60,739 bases of DNA, filler included, from Sphacelaria rigidula (GCA_964200075.2; 10 parts of 10 records of this genome joined end to end with filler, not necessarily neighbours in it), one strand, 5' to 3'. Counted from the first letter of the whole stretch, positions 24,408-38,229 are shown. Numbers and translations are program-made. The notes: a model not told the origin generated them from the sequence alone.

Positions 24408-26945
24408 CTTCTGACAAGCTTGATAGCGATCATGATATCGTCTTCCCCCTGTAAAAAAAACCCTGAAAAACAACAAATAATCCATCGACCTCCCAGCCCA
24501 TCCAACCCAACAATCGATCAGGGGTATGTTGATCTATTGTACCTCAAGAACCCATGTATTATATATATCGAGATAGAGACAGCCAAAATAATAAATGTCG
24601 AACAACGCAACAGCCACAATATGCTCACCGTTCACACTGATGCACATATCTGGGGGAAGTTGACATTAACAAAATCTAGTTCGAAGGGCGCGCGAGAGGA
24701 GGAGGAAGGGGAGCGTTTCGAAAGAGAGATATGACGGAGGTCTCGTGCGCTGATTCGTGGGAGGCTGGTTTAGAAAATCAACGTAAACACAACAAAAAAC
24801 GATACAACGGGATGACATGGTTGGTAAACACTCCAAATGTACCACACGCTGGACCATGGACTGTGTTGTCAAAAAGTGCACTGCGTACAGTATCGACTGT
24901 GGCGTCTACTGCAATGGACAATGAAACCCATACACTATGCAGTACAAGTCATTGTCCGGGGTGTGAAAGGTTCTGACTGCTCCATACATTCGGCTCCAGA
25001 AACTGCAAACCACTTGGGCGCCAAAACCCCTCAGATTAGAGCTTGGAAATGGTTTGTCTAACCATTAACTAGTTAAATGATTACGCCTAGTGCACCCATT
25101 AACCAGTAAAATGGTACATAACGGTTTGGTCATCGAGCTGCGCAGCCGGGAGCCAAAAAGCCCCTCCCCGGCAGAGGGGGCCCCGCTGCAGGCGCCGTGC
25201 CGGAGGCATGTTTTCACGCGATTTGGCTTCACTACAGCTAAAAAATACGTTAAATTTGGGCCAATGTTCAAGAGCTGTATGTAGCATACATGGCCGGTAA
25301 CGGTATATAATAGTTTGAAACCATCATCTAATTTCTTCATGTAATCATTACCGTTATGACCATTATAATGATAATGATCAGCTATAACTGGCACCATTTC
25401 CGAGCTCTCCCTCAGATGCATCAACTACATTAGACATGACGTCAACACCAAGCTTTTGGTACATTGCACAGCGAAGATATTGAGTCATGCGACATACGCT
25501 ACTAATATGATGTTATTGGACATGGTGCTGGCAACCAGAGAACAGCTACGAGTAGTCAGCCATCAGATTGACAGTTTGCCAGCCTTCAAGATCAGCCGTT
25601 GATGGTGTTCCGAAAAGAAGCCTGCCGCAGAAGCAAGAGGTACAGACTGAACGTAAAGGCGGGAGTTTTTCACGATCACCGAGGGACGAGGTCGACATCC
25701 ACACAGAACGCTCCAACACGACACTCAGTCAACTTGACCATCAGAATAAAAAGATAACGGTAGGACTGTAGATATGCAACCGCACCGGCCAGGGTACCAT
25801 CGGCGATTATGTACACGACGTCCCGGGTGATCATGTTTTGAGACCCCCATACTCATCAACCGGGAGTGGAGTTCAGTGAAGGGGGGGGTGTACTTATGAT
25901 CATGCATCCCTCTCGAGACGGAGCGCCGTTCCTATTCCCTATAGAGACACCAGCACCCGGGCGCTCATTACGTTTCTGACATACATGACATAAAACCTTT
26001 TACACTTCCTATCGCCCTGTTTTGCCGCCTGCGGCCACTATCTATCTCCTAGTGTAGCGATCATTTTCTCCCCACTGTCTAACGTACCAAACGAGTTCAT
26101 GCCACCTTCGTTTACTGGGGGGGGGGGGGGTGACCTAGTACGTAACGCCGTACTGTACAGTCCAATACATGTCAACATAGTGCCAAACTAGTTGAAAACT
26201 CAACACCCTGAGGCGCTGTTCAGTAGGGAGTAGGGGGGCCGTTATACTACGTACTTGAGATAATCACCGTCGTCTACGGTGCAACGGTAAATCTTGAACC
26301 TTCAGATAACCTCATGGCAGAGACTTGAACTCTACAAGCCCTATAGCTTGCGCACCATAATCATGAATCCCTCATGTCCAACATGGTGAAGAAAAATGAT
26401 AAAAAGTTGAATATATTCACGTCGCACACCTCAAATTTGATGCACGCCTCCGAAAACACCGGTCACTACGATGCATGGATTAATAATCCGCGGCAAATGT
26501 GTACACCAAGAGGATGACGGTGACGATCACGACTGACATACCGTGGTCGCCAGCGCTCTCAGAATAACGAGCGATGCCACTGCACCATTCGGTTCCGTCG
26601 ACCATGTATACTCGTCGTAGACTGAATTTGAAAGGAGTAGCGCCTGCTGGACAGCCAGTGAGTCAGCCCTTTCACAAGCCAACAACCCCAAAAGGCCCAA
26701 CTATCCTGGGAGAGAGAATGCACCTTGACCCTGACCCTAACTGGTCGAGAGGTAAACGCCAGTTTTGGGGGTGCTGATGCTGTAGAGAACTGGTGGGCTC
26801 CTCAGCAAAATCCGAAAAAAGTAAAGTCGACAGCTACTCATACCCGCTGTTGTTCGTTGGTCCCTACCTTGACGAAAATCTTGAGCACAGAGAACGACTT
26901 GAGCTTCTTCGCCACATCGTCCGTGTCCATCATGTACTTCATCGC
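24408..26945 (-). CDS. Fragment of an unidentified multi-exon gene (helical-looking peptide)
   Basis: Three phase-compatible AG/GT-bounded exons: 26868-26945 (AMKYMMDTDDVAKKLKSFSVLKIFVK), 26542-26643 (ALLLSNSVYDEYTWSTEPNGAVASLVILRALATT; GCTGAC branch site) and 24408-24448 (GEDDIMIAIKLVR; T-rich acceptor). No family recognised. Confidence 0.5.
24843..24965. mobile_element. ACACCCTGGACA-TIR MITE, short form
   Basis: CACACGCTGGAC...GTCCGGGGTGTG; internal AAAAAGTG.ACTGCGTACAGTATCGA shared with 42938-43069. Confidence 0.7.
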
Positions 26946-28765
26946 CTGTCTCGGACAATCGGACAATCAAACAGTCACAATCCACAGCAAATCATCGTTG
27001 GTGCAGCGCAGTCTCAAAAGCATTTGACTCAGGGGGTGCCTCACTTAATTCGTTTTCGACCGAACGAAAAAGTGCGGCGGCATTGGTTCGATCGAATTCG
27101 TACCTCTTGCCGCGGTTATTTGGGTCCGAGCTACTTCGCAAGTGCAGAGACGAAAAAAACCCCGGTGGGATTCGAGAAGCGGTACCTCGTCATCTGTAAC
27201 CTGTACAGACAATGCATTACAGTCCGTACTTTGATTGATTGTCGCACTTTAACTGACCCCCCAGGGATCCAGGCTTACCGTGGTCATCATCCACATGATA
27301 GACATACACAAGAAAAAACAAAAAAGAAACACTCACTGAAGAAAAAAAAAGAACAGAAAAAGTCGAACAAAACGACACAGTATACGAAGACTTGAACAAA
27401 AAAATGATACTGTAGTCAACAAAAGCAAAGCACAGGAAGAAATGCCCGATCTGAAACAAAAAATAAGAAGACAAGAAACAAAAAAAACAAAAAACACAGA
27501 AAAAGCCCTGGGGATTCAAGGCAGCACAGTAGATATACACACACCAGTGGGCACCGCAGAACCACCGACTAAGGACATGATCAACAACCGATATGAGCAG
27601 ACAGGGTTCTTCGATTGGCGGCCCTCGACGCAGCAGCCTCTCGTTTGTGACGGCGGTCTGATTCTCGTTTGTCCGCGCGTCGCCACAATCTGCATAAAAA
27701 TGTGTGTGTTTCGTACAGTAGATGCAAAAAGAGCAGCGGGCAACATGCAGTATAGACAGTACAGACGCTCTACTTCTAGTAGCTATGAAAATAAGTGTAG
27801 ACTTACAGCATTTCCGCTTGAGTAGCGATTAACGGGTAACTTGTGTGTGCTATCCTCACCCCGCTGGAGCGGGTGCCATGTATGCCATGTATGTGAAAAA
27901 ATGGCGCGGAAAAGTACAACAACACGTACGAGATAATCAGAACAAGCCCCACAAAACAATGTTGTCGTGAGATTGAGACAAGAGGATAGGATCGAGAGTG
28001 AAAAACGGTCAATTAGTGAGTGAATCGTTTCAGTTCCGAAATGCCCCTCGACGAGGCCCGATACGATTTCTGTAGTACCTCGCCACTGAGGCCCTTGATA
28101 TCCCTGAGTAGAATATCGACGTGTTGCTGTAAGCACACACTAGTGATGGAGGCAAATAAAAGCACACACGGAATGAAAAAATGGCCGAGTTGAAGCGAAT
28201 GATCAAAGCCACTCTCAATCAGCGCTCTACTCTCCATCTCACGAAAACTTCATTACAAGCACTACGCTCCAAGTCCGCTTCATTCGCTATGAAACCAAAA
28301 TCTCTCTCTCGAAAAAAAAAAAAAAACGAGACAGCGGAGATTCTCTCAGGAATACCAGGCGAGGCGGACTGTGCCACCTCGGGAAGACTCTCTGTAGTCT
28401 TCAGGAGGATTTTATTGCACCGCATTTTCCCGATCTTTCGTGCACCCAGTTGGACCTTTGGCCGGACAAGCGATTTCTCAACAACCCCTCGGACGACGTG
28501 CCCATCTGACATTAGCGTGCGTTTTTTGGGGACTTCAAAGCTTTTGATGTTTCTTGTTTTAAAAATCGTTTGTCCAGCCTATGGCCGTGTCTGATAGAAA
28601 AATTGATGTCGAAAACGGCGGAAAAGAGATTGTTCGCATTTGTTCCGTGCACCGTCACACACGTTCTCCACCGCCCGAGAAAATAAATGCCGTGGACGTA
28701 TCAGCCACGAGCGAATTCGACTCCACCGCACAGCTTCAACATCATTTTTTTCATGAGACACGGCT

Positions 28766-28875
28766 CAACCCTTAGACCGCGAGGTTAGTCTTCTGTTGAA
28801 TCGGCATCAATTTCAAGTGAAAAAAAGTATGCCTGATCCAGAAAGACTAATCTCGCGGTCTAAGACTTAGGGTCA
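28766..28875. mobile_element. ~100-bp hairpin MITE, piggyBac-like
   Basis: CTTAGACCGCGAGGTTAGTCTTCTG / CAGAAAGACTAATCTCGCGGTCTAAG. Sister copies at 58884-58980 (starting TTAA-CCC) and about 20155-20255 share GTTGAATCGGCATCA. Confidence 0.65.
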
Positions 28876-29269
28876 AACTGGGCGCTGGGATCCTGTCGGA
28901 GGGTAAAACAAGTCTTTCCGAGGCGGCACGATCCGCCAACCCCTGTATTCCGGCTAAACTCGACGCTAATCCACCAAATTAGGATTTTGTGTAGAGATCT
29001 GCTCTAATGGCACGATGAGCGGCCTCACTAATTTTCACCGTCCTACCCCGTAGTCGGGCACTACACTGTAAACGGAGGGACTTCTGGGCGGGATCACTTT
29101 TTTTTCACGTCAAAACGTAATCAATACACCTACAATTGTTGCTGTTGTTGTTAATGTTGTTGACTTCACTTAAAAACCGTTCCGATATCTGCGCGGTACA
29201 TTCGTACTGGGCATCTGATATGGACCCCTTCCCTGGTCACAGGCTAGCTACCTATGAGACCCACTTCTC

Positions 29270-29640
29270 TGGCAAGCACGAATCTCGATTTTTCCAACAT
29301 CGAGGGAAAAAAAATCGGGGAACGCATTTTATGGACACGGATTTGGACCAATCGGGGGCGATAAAATCGGGGTGTCGCGATATCTGAACGGTTTCCCCCG
29401 ATTATTCGAAAAAATCGGGGGAAATCGTTCCGAGATCGTGACTCCCCTCGATTTTTTTCTATTTCTCTAGGTGACGCACGTGCATTGACGTACAATGCTA
29501 GAGTACGAGGCGTTTGATATTTTTGCAACGGCAGCAGAAGACAGTCTCGTGACAGCACAGGGCCCCAGCTGCTGAAGCAACTTCGACCGGGGCTTGACAA
29601 GCGGATAATAAGTGCTGACGCCATACCCTGCGGCGATAGT
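29270..29640 (-). mobile_element. Family A partial copy
   Basis: Reverse-complement match to about 1795-2120 (AATCGGGG sub-repeats, GTACGAGGCGTTTGATATTTTT, CCCTGCGGCGAT). Confidence 0.8.
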
Positions 29641-30489
29641 AAAATTGAACAGATCCAGAAAAAAATCACAAACGCGATACAAGGAAAACAGGAATAAATA
29701 ATGAAGAAGAGAATAATTATGACTACGACGTGCCTACAAATGGTGCATTTTTGCGTTATCCCCGACCCAAGGCGCACGAGACCCTCGTGCAAGAAGGGCG
29801 CACAAATTCCCCTAGACAAACTGTGCGTTGGCAGACCTCAAGTCGTCGCCGCAGGCGCCCATTTGGACACAAACACGTTCTGAACGACCTGAGTCCACTG
29901 CTCTCCTGCCCCAAAACCATCATTTTTTTCAGAACTTCAAGTCTAAATTCAAGTAGTCATCCCTGTCAACCATTATGTACGAACAAATCTTCAGGTCTAC
30001 CGCAAAAAATTGTAGCCGGGAGTACGTTGTGAGTTTGTATCAGTGTAGTAGTAGAGGGGGGGGCTCAAATGACTGTTCGCTTACGCGCGTCGAATTTGGC
30101 CGTGCTTAAATCATTTTTGAGACGACGTACCGTAGCCGTGACGGTCAAGAGGAAATACAGGCAACGGTATGGAGCTTGCCGCACTGCTATGCAATGCCGT
30201 GCGCGGCGTAAGATGCATACGAAATCCACTCGTATATGTCGAAGCCCCCTCATGCTTCTATGGGCGCATATTTATTATTATTATTATTATTATTTCCGCA
30301 CATTAGTCCGATCTCGCGAANNNNNNNNNNNNNNNNNNNNNNNNNNNNNNNNNNNNNNNNNNNNTTAATTAATTAANNNNNNNNNNNNNNNNNNNNNNNN
30401 NNNNNNNNNNNNNNNNNNNNTGAGATAAGGGGCTCCTAACAATTCTAACCTCAGAAATTATTTCTGTACCCCTACCGTAGCATCACTCA

Positions 30490-30729
30490 TGCGTTGGGTT
30501 TTTCCTTCGTCATGTCTGATTCCGACCTTGCAAAGCGTGAGAACGGGATTGAACGAAGTAGTCGACTGAGGTTGTTTGACGTGAGAGTTGACGCGGTGCT
30601 GGAGTGCTGACCCAATAATCCGCGAGAACAAGATATAAGGCGTGTACCGGGGGAGAGATGGGTTGATCCCTTGAGACCACGGTCTCATCCCGAGGAAAGG
30701 GAGGGGTTCAAAGTGCGACAAATAATTAA
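30490..30729 (+). mobile_element. SINE family 2, 5'-truncated copy
   Basis: Reverse-complement match to 47570-47795, ending GAGGGGTTCAAAGTGCGACAAATAA. Confidence 0.8.
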
Positions 30730-32210
30730 GAACCATAATATAGAGAAGGCACCGGCGAAGTATCTGGAGATTTCAAAGACTTCGGAGGGGGGCAAAGGGT
30801 CATGGCAAGAGAGCATAGGATGCGTACTTGGTTCCTTTTCGTCAGTACTCGTTATACAGTGATCTCGAGATTCAATATCATGGAAAATGTGTCCCGCACC
30901 CGCAAGCGGGCTACTATGCATGCCCCGCACATTTCTCATATTCAGACTTTTCGAATCCCTGAGAGCACTGTCTCAGAGCTCGAATTTTTTGTTTTGTACT
31001 TCGTATACGCTTTAGTGTAGGGTACACAGAACATGGTCAAAATACGCACCCTATGCTTTCCTGTCTTAACACTTGGGAGAGGGGGGGGGCTCCACTTCCG
31101 TCGCAGGTGCCTTCGAGGGGTATGCCAGTTCTCACACGCAATTCCAAACCCCATCGAAAAAAAAACTCCCATGAAAACACTTGTGCCCTTCTCGCAGAAC
31201 CCTCAGTCAAGTATGAACAGGGCTTTCACTTGGTTTAGTGCCTCCGGGGTGGTATTTTGTCGTAAGACTGTTTTATTTGTCTCTGGTCCCTGAAAGGCAG
31301 TAGTATCAGGTATATTTTCACGTCTCTTGTCGGCAAGATGGCATGTACCCCTTCATACGTTCTCAAATATCTGCTGAGTCGTTCAACAACAGACAGGGTG
31401 AGGTACTTTACAGTATCATCCCCCCCCCCCCCCCCCCCAATCAGCACACTCTGGTGCCCACATCAACAACCCTGGGGGCCGGTTAAAAAAAGGTAACCAA
31501 ANNNNNNNNNNTTTCTCTTTTTTTTTTTTATTTTTTTTACTTTTGTTTGGTTGTTTTATTTTTTATTTTTTTTTCCCCCCCCCCCCCGCCTAGTCATCAC
31601 AGTGTGTCGCCAACATCTAGAGTCGTGGGTGCCGTGTAGAACAAGTTAGCATAAGGGAAACGCCTTGTTTCCCACCTTGTATTTTAAAAGGCAACCTTGG
31701 CATCTTATCGCTGGACGACTCCGTCATTCCATATGCGTACCATAAGGTAACTACTGCTCTCTACAGTATCAACACACGGTGGAATAGAGTTATCGCCTTT
31801 CCAAGGCATTTCCAAGAGGTGGGGATCGCATTAGTTCAGATACGAGTATAGTCTTCGAAGTGTAGTTAGATGTAGGATACATGAACCAAGGCTAGCCCTC
31901 CCGACGGGGAGCCCTACTTGACTTTCTGGCCCGTCCTTCATGCTTTACGGTAGGCCATAGGTCAATATTCCGTCACTAACACATGGTGAATGAGTTTTGA
32001 TGTCAGACATGTCACACACAACATTATACAAAAGGAAAAACAGTCAACGCGAACCCAATCGACGCGACTCCAACACCCACCCGGACTGCAAATATTGAAA
32101 AATGGTCGTCACCCCCACACGCACCCACCCGCGGGCGATAAATATGCCGCCGAAATGTCCTCAGCAAAAAATACATATTGTCTATCCTCCGATGACAGTG
32201 AGATAATTCT

Positions 32211-34349
32211 TCATGTGGGTAAAGGTAATGGTTCTTGAGGGGTGCCGTCCGTTTGATTGTTGTTGTGAATGGTGGTGGTGTTGCCCGCAGTGCGATCTGG
32301 GCCAGCAGGTTCCTCCGTACTCTCCTGATTCTCTACGGCATCCCCACCGTGCGATTTGTTCATGTTGATCTCCGGTGATAATAGTTTCCTTAGTATTAAC
32401 TGCGCTCGAATGGGACGCGCGATGCAAAGAAATGCGTAGGATGTGGGTAAGTTTTCATGGGGGTCGGGACGTGAGTATTTACGATATATAAAGAGTATGG
32501 AGGTTGTGGTAGCATTCACTGCAGCGTCGGACACTACAATTTTACACACGTGAGTGATGGTGAGAGACAACTGCACCACGTTGCTCGTTAGGTAAACTAG
32601 GCACCGTTGACATCAGCTGAAAAGAGTGGATTCTCGAAAATTGGATTGACAAAAAAGGTTAGGTTCACCTCAAAAGCCGTGCTTTCCCTGACCTAAATTA
32701 ATGACAAATTACTTTCATATGGACGACCTCATCCCTCCCGACCTTCCGAAAACTATTTCGGGGGATTTACAGTCTTCCGTTTCCCCGAAGGATATGTGCG
32801 AAAGCACACTTTTGCCTCAACTTCGGGGTGAAAAAGGGACACTTTTTGGCCCAAACATCGTGCTTTCGCACATACCCTTTGGGGGAACGGAAGGCTAGAA
32901 ATCCCCCGAAATAGTTAAGGGAGGTCCGAAGGGATGAGGTCGTCCGTATGAAAGTAATTTGTCATGAATTTAGGTCAGGGAAGGCACGGCTTTTGAGTTG
33001 GACCTCATTTTTTTTGTCAATCCCATTTTCGAGAACCCACTGTTTGAAGGAGACTGTAACGAAGCCACTGAAAACTACGGCAGAAACAATGTACGTGCAT
33101 TAGATATAAGGTATTGACTTTTTCACTACCTTTGCTGCGCGCTGGGTACATATTATTTGAAGGGCGCTCGGATCTTGATTGACGACGGCTGCAACTGGGT
33201 CTGGTGGAGACGTGAACACAGCGAGTTGAGAGCCAAAATATTTTCACCTTGCTTGGCTGCGGCAGGAACGAGGGGAAAACCAGCTTGAACCTGATGATCA
33301 GATCGCCGCGAAATCCGGGGTTCTTGCTGATCGGCATTCCCTCCCCAATCAGCCGCCGTTCGTAACCTGGACTAACCACCTCTGGACACGGCAAGCGCAA
33401 CACTCGTCCATCCAAAGTAGGCACCTGCCGAGACAAGAGCACCCGCAAGAATAGCCGCCCGATGCAAGAGGATCGGAAACGCGTGGGAAAGGAGTCGGCA
33501 TACCTTTGATACCAGTTGGTCCATCAGAGGACAGCGAGGGCGCCCGTTCTGTTCACTCTTTTGCGCTCCTTTCCCCCGAAGCGAGAAGTCCTGCTCGCTC
33601 TTTTTTCTTGCGCGAGTGGTTGGGTTCACCCAGGTAGGAATCGCTAGGATCCAGTTGTATGTCTTGCATGTGACGGTATTTGTGTTGATCGATTGTCAAC
33701 CATGCAGTATCGTGGAATCACTTGGTAACCCCTCACCTCCACGATGCAGTCGGTCAACGCGTCGGCCAGCGACATCATGGACATGTAAACCAAGTCGTTT
33801 CCTTCTCGTGAGAAATACTCGTGTGGCCTGTTTCGACGAAGACGGGGGACGCAAGGGAAGGAAGCTAACGCGGGGGACCCAGTTGAGCACGCATGCGCTT
33901 TGGTATAGAGACCCTGTGAGGACCGAGGAGGATTGCTCCGATGGTACTTTGCTCCGTGATGCGACAAGCACAAGCGACGCAAAGCAGAACGCGGGAATGA
34001 CTCCCACAGTGCCCACAAACACGGCCATATCTACACGGGAATCGCTCGGAATGACCATTACCAGGGCTAATATCATCCAGTGACTGCTGCGTTCGTCATG
34101 GTACAATCATCCAGCAGGCGCCTCGGGGTGCCAGTGTTGTACGTACAGATCCCAATGGATTCACCTTTCCAAGCATGATCAGATGGCACACCTTTCGGTT
34201 ATCACAAGCACGATATCAGCGGGTAGAAGACCAGCCCCCTCATCCCCTTCCCCCGGGAATGTGATTCTCGTCCCTTTTTTCCACCCCGGCTTTACCGAGA
34301 TCGTCAGCTGCTTCGATGAATCTCTGAGCTCCCCTTCTGGGGTGAACCG
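32211..34349 (-). CDS. Class-B DnaJ/Hsp40 C-terminal substrate-binding region (DNAJB13/RSP16-like), four 3' exons; J-domain exons not identified
   Basis: Phase-consistent GT-AG exons 34192-34349 (QLTISVKPGWKKGTRITFPGEGDEG...PADIVLVI), 33737-33827 (PHEYFSREGNDLVY...SLADALTDCIVE), 33248-33424 (VPTLDGRVL...GEGMPISKNPGFRGDLIIRFKLVFP) and probable terminal exon 32211-32399 (LILRKLL...stop). These are the canonical DnaJ_C motifs. Confidence 0.92.
32614..33056. mobile_element. Fold-back MITE with ~185-bp arms in the last DnaJ intron
   Basis: About 32622-32808 is the imperfect reverse complement of about 32860-33043. The right end ...GAGACTG|TA is Tc1/mariner-like. Confidence 0.85.
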
Positions 34350-36808
34350 CTGAGAGGCGGTTAAGCAAGGGCGCGTTCGGATAGACGAGGTCGAGCATCG
34401 GGTAACGGAATAGTTGTTAGATACTCATGTGGGATTCGTGCGTATAGCGCAAGGGTGAAAGGCGTGAGGAAGTCTATGCCGAATCGTATAGGATTCCTTT
34501 TCCATCGTGACGTGCGAGATACTGAACGCTGCCTTTCGGAATCGGGCGTGGTTGTGAAAGCGCATTGCCTTGGGGTGGTTACACGTTGACTGAGTCCTCA
34601 GTTGTTCCTGTTGCAACATGCTAACTTTTATTCGCCAACTCGCACAAGTTATTACGCGACATTGATTGGTTGGTTGATTGATAATCGTACATCTACTGGT
34701 CCCTGAGAGACCTAGCCACGGTCGGTATCCGCGAGATAGACGTACTATAAAAATGATAAACACGACGGAAACCCTCCGTGAAAGAGGGAAATGGGAAAAT
34801 AACAATGGTAGCAATAACATACGGAGTAATCTGAGGAAAAAACGAGAATCAAATCAAGCAGAAAATAAAGGAAAGACACAGAGAAGAGCCAGAATACATA
34901 AAACTAGGTCAGCCTAAAACCGACTAGATACTAAACCTGAATTTTGCGTCTCAGTTTTAAGAGTTGCACTCTGAAATTTCGCATGGAGTATCGCAAGAGG
35001 AAATGAGAAAAATATGTTCGGCTCATCGAGGTTTCTCTTTTTTTGTCAGGGGCATGAACAATATTCGTTTCTCGCAAAAACGCCATTAACTCAAGAAAAT
35101 CATCTTAATGCGCTAAAAAATAAATCCCCTGCGAAAATCCATGCCAAATTTCAAAGCACAACAATAACAATTTCACTTAAATTAGCTGAACCAACACACA
35201 AAACTACAACAACAAGAATAAAACCCAACACATGTTTGGGGGGGGTTCGTCTAGACTTTAATTTAGCATCGAGATGGCTCTGGACGAGGCGGGATTTACT
35301 CGACATAATGCTAAAGCAGCGAGGTGGGTATCTTCCTTTTGACTAGGCGGATAACAAGATGTGCGAGTCACTGCCCACTCCGTCTGCGTCGATTAGTTAT
35401 GGTCGTGATTGCTTAGTTCTGCGTTAAGGATTTCCCAGGTCGTATTTATTCATATATACTGAAATAAATCTGGAAATGGCCGACCTCTGCAGCATGACTT
35501 CAGGAGAAGGAGGCAAAAGAGCGCATGCACCCATATATGTAACAAAACAAAGAAGCCATGAGAGCAAATTGCGACTCCTCATTTCGCGTCATACTACATG
35601 GGTACAAGCTCTCACCCATGAGCTCCGCGAAAGCAAGGCACCAAACTGCTACTTGTATAACACCAAGAGGAAAGACAGGCAGACAGATAGCTAGGTAGAA
35701 AGAGACAGACAGAGAGAAAGAGACAGAAAGAGACAGAAAGATATGGGGAGAGAAAGAGAGAACGGAGAAGAAGGCAGCTATGGGAGTGATGAAACCCAAG
35801 GACACAGTAGAGCATGTATAAGAGCATAACCGGGGAACATCGCGAGACCGCAGTATAAGAAATAAGTCAGCAACCGAGAAAAAAAAACAGAAGTATATCA
35901 GTTTCCGTGTTAACCCAGCCCTCCCCACCCATCCCTAGTGCGGCACAAAGCGGGCCCTCCCTCGATCATGCACACCCTTGATTGTTCGCGAGCGGTCGCT
36001 GTTCTCGTGTCAGCGGTGGCAGTTGTTCTTCGACTGGCGGCTCTCGATCCAGCAGCCTCTCGTTTGTGGCAGTATGTAACGGTATAAAAGAATCCTTGAG
36101 ATAATCGGGATAATGCAAGCTTACTTTCCCACAATTCAGTAGGCACCGCTCCACGGTGATGACTAGCCCAACCAAGCTCCTTTTTCCCGAACCCAGCGCG
36201 TTTATATCGTGACAACTAAATTTCTGTCATGCGTTTACTGTCGGGATCTATCTGTAGACAGGTCATTTCGATAGTAAAGAGTCCTCCCTCTTCTGAAAGT
36301 CGTACCGTGAGTGTTCCACTCTGAACGCGGTGTAGCGGAGGCGGCGGCGGCGGCGGGGGAGGGAGGGGGGGGTGTACTCATGAGGTCGTATGCCTTGGGC
36401 ATTTNNNNNNNNNNNNNNNNNNNNNNNNNNNNNNNNNNNNNNNNNNNNTTAATTAATTAANNNNNNNNNNNNNNNNNNNNNNNNNNNNNNNNNNNNNNNN
36501 NNNNGAACAACAACGGAAGTAACGGTAGGGTTCTCTATATGAATTTTGGATCCATGTCGTTCTCTTCCGATGACGTTGGGCATATTTTACCCGACGAGCC
36601 TGAATAAGCCCCAAAAGTCGATATGTTCGTGTCTTTTCGTGATTTTGGTCGGTGACACTTTTTTTGCCCAGTTTGGGGGGTCAGGCGCACCCATAACTGT
36701 ACATCATGCATTTTTTACAGTATGTGGCTGATGATTTTTATGGAAAAAATGTACTTCGTAAAGGATAGGCCAACTGCCACCACGTACTGCGGAAATTGTA
36801 CTGCGTCA

Positions 36809-37569
36809 CAGTCTGGGCCGAAATATAAGCAGGATTTGAAAAAAACGAAATATGAGTCTGAGATGGATGGATGGACGGCCCTAGAATGACTGTAGAGCAG
36901 TTCTACAAGCGCAGAAATGTTGAATTATGAAGTGAGGTGAACTTAAGGCTGGGCAAGTCCCCTGGATGACCAGGGGACGCCATACTAGCGTCCCCGGTTT
37001 TCCCTGTATTTCCCTGGGTCCCACTGGGATTTCAAGTGCAAACATCGCACAGTGCCCTCATGCTAGTGCACTATCGCCCAAAACGCCGCACTTGTCAGCA
37101 AATCCACGGTACGTGGTACATCATACACGGCACACATGAGAGGTTTCGTTGCTTAATAGATACTCGGAGCACAGGGGATGAAGGGAAACATCTCCGCGCA
37201 TCGCTTCAGGTCCCCCTTCACCAATTCGCCATTATCGCTGCCCTTGAGGAGCTCCTCGATCAACGCGCGTCTCTCATTTTCATTGAGATTCTTTCTGAAC
37301 ACCTTCTCAGTAGTGCCTCCAGCAATCGACATGTTCATCAGCAGACCGGAAGGCGTTTTCACGGTGGTTGCCGCACGAGAGCTCTGAACCCCCGTGCTTC
37401 GTGTGCTGTTGTCGCGTGCAGGGACTGTGCTGCTTCGAAGAAGCAATGGCCTTGACAGTCCCGCGAGGACGCCAGGAAAACGATGAAAAAAACGATCAAC
37501 CAAAAAGTTGAAACTGCTGAAATTATTGCACCGCATGTCTAAATCTTGCTGAAATTTCGACCCAGACTG
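36809..37569 (-). mobile_element. Internally deleted Tc1/mariner element with a transposase N-terminal remnant
   Basis: 29-bp imperfect TIRs CAGTCTGGGCCGAAATATAAGCAGGATTT / AAATCTTGCTGAAATTTCGACCCAGACTG. The minus strand at about 37190-37310 reads RKNLNENERRALIEELLKGSDNGELVKGDLKRCAEMF, resembling the N-terminal HTH region of plant/oomycete-type mariner transposases. Confidence 0.72.
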
Positions 37570-37984
37570 CTGAAGCGTATACCATATGCTACTGTCGTCG
37601 GAAAATTGTGGTGCGTAGAGTGTAGGCCTTTTGTGATTGTTGTCGCACCGAGAATTGTTGCATAGGCCTATACTTTACGCAGTTTTTTTTATATATATTG
37701 AAACTATTGACCACATGTTGTCTGTCCAGGGTGTGCGATTTGAACAATACAGGGCAGTTGCCATGATCGCTCTCACATGTTGATTCTTATTCTTCCATGC
37801 ATGTGGTCAACACACACAAGCGAACTGCTTTCTGCTGAACATTTGAAGAGAATGGGTGCACATGGTGAGGGGTGTACGTGCTGCAGATGGGGTATGCAGG
37901 TGCACCTGGTTCGGTGCTGTTCGATTTGGGTCTGAGGTTCCCGGCAGTTTCCCCCCTGGCGTCAACAGTCGATTGAGCAGGACG

Positions 37985-38018
<34 letters not shown>

Positions 38019-38192
38019 GTCACACACACAAGCAACCCGCATGGCACCTCATTCGGTGAGTTTGTCCTTCGCGCAAACCCCGCTTCCATTCGCGGCTGTC
38101 TGCTACTGAGTCTTGGGTAGAAATCCCCTACAAAACCTGAAGCTACCCTCTCCACCACGGTAGCTTTCTACGATGATATCGGTGCAAAAATC

Positions 38193-38229
<37 letters not shown>

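Noticed and set aside
26268..26331. In-frame TGA exon suggesting a selenoprotein
   Set aside because: Splice phase and acceptor are ambiguous, there is no redox motif and no SECIS was seen.
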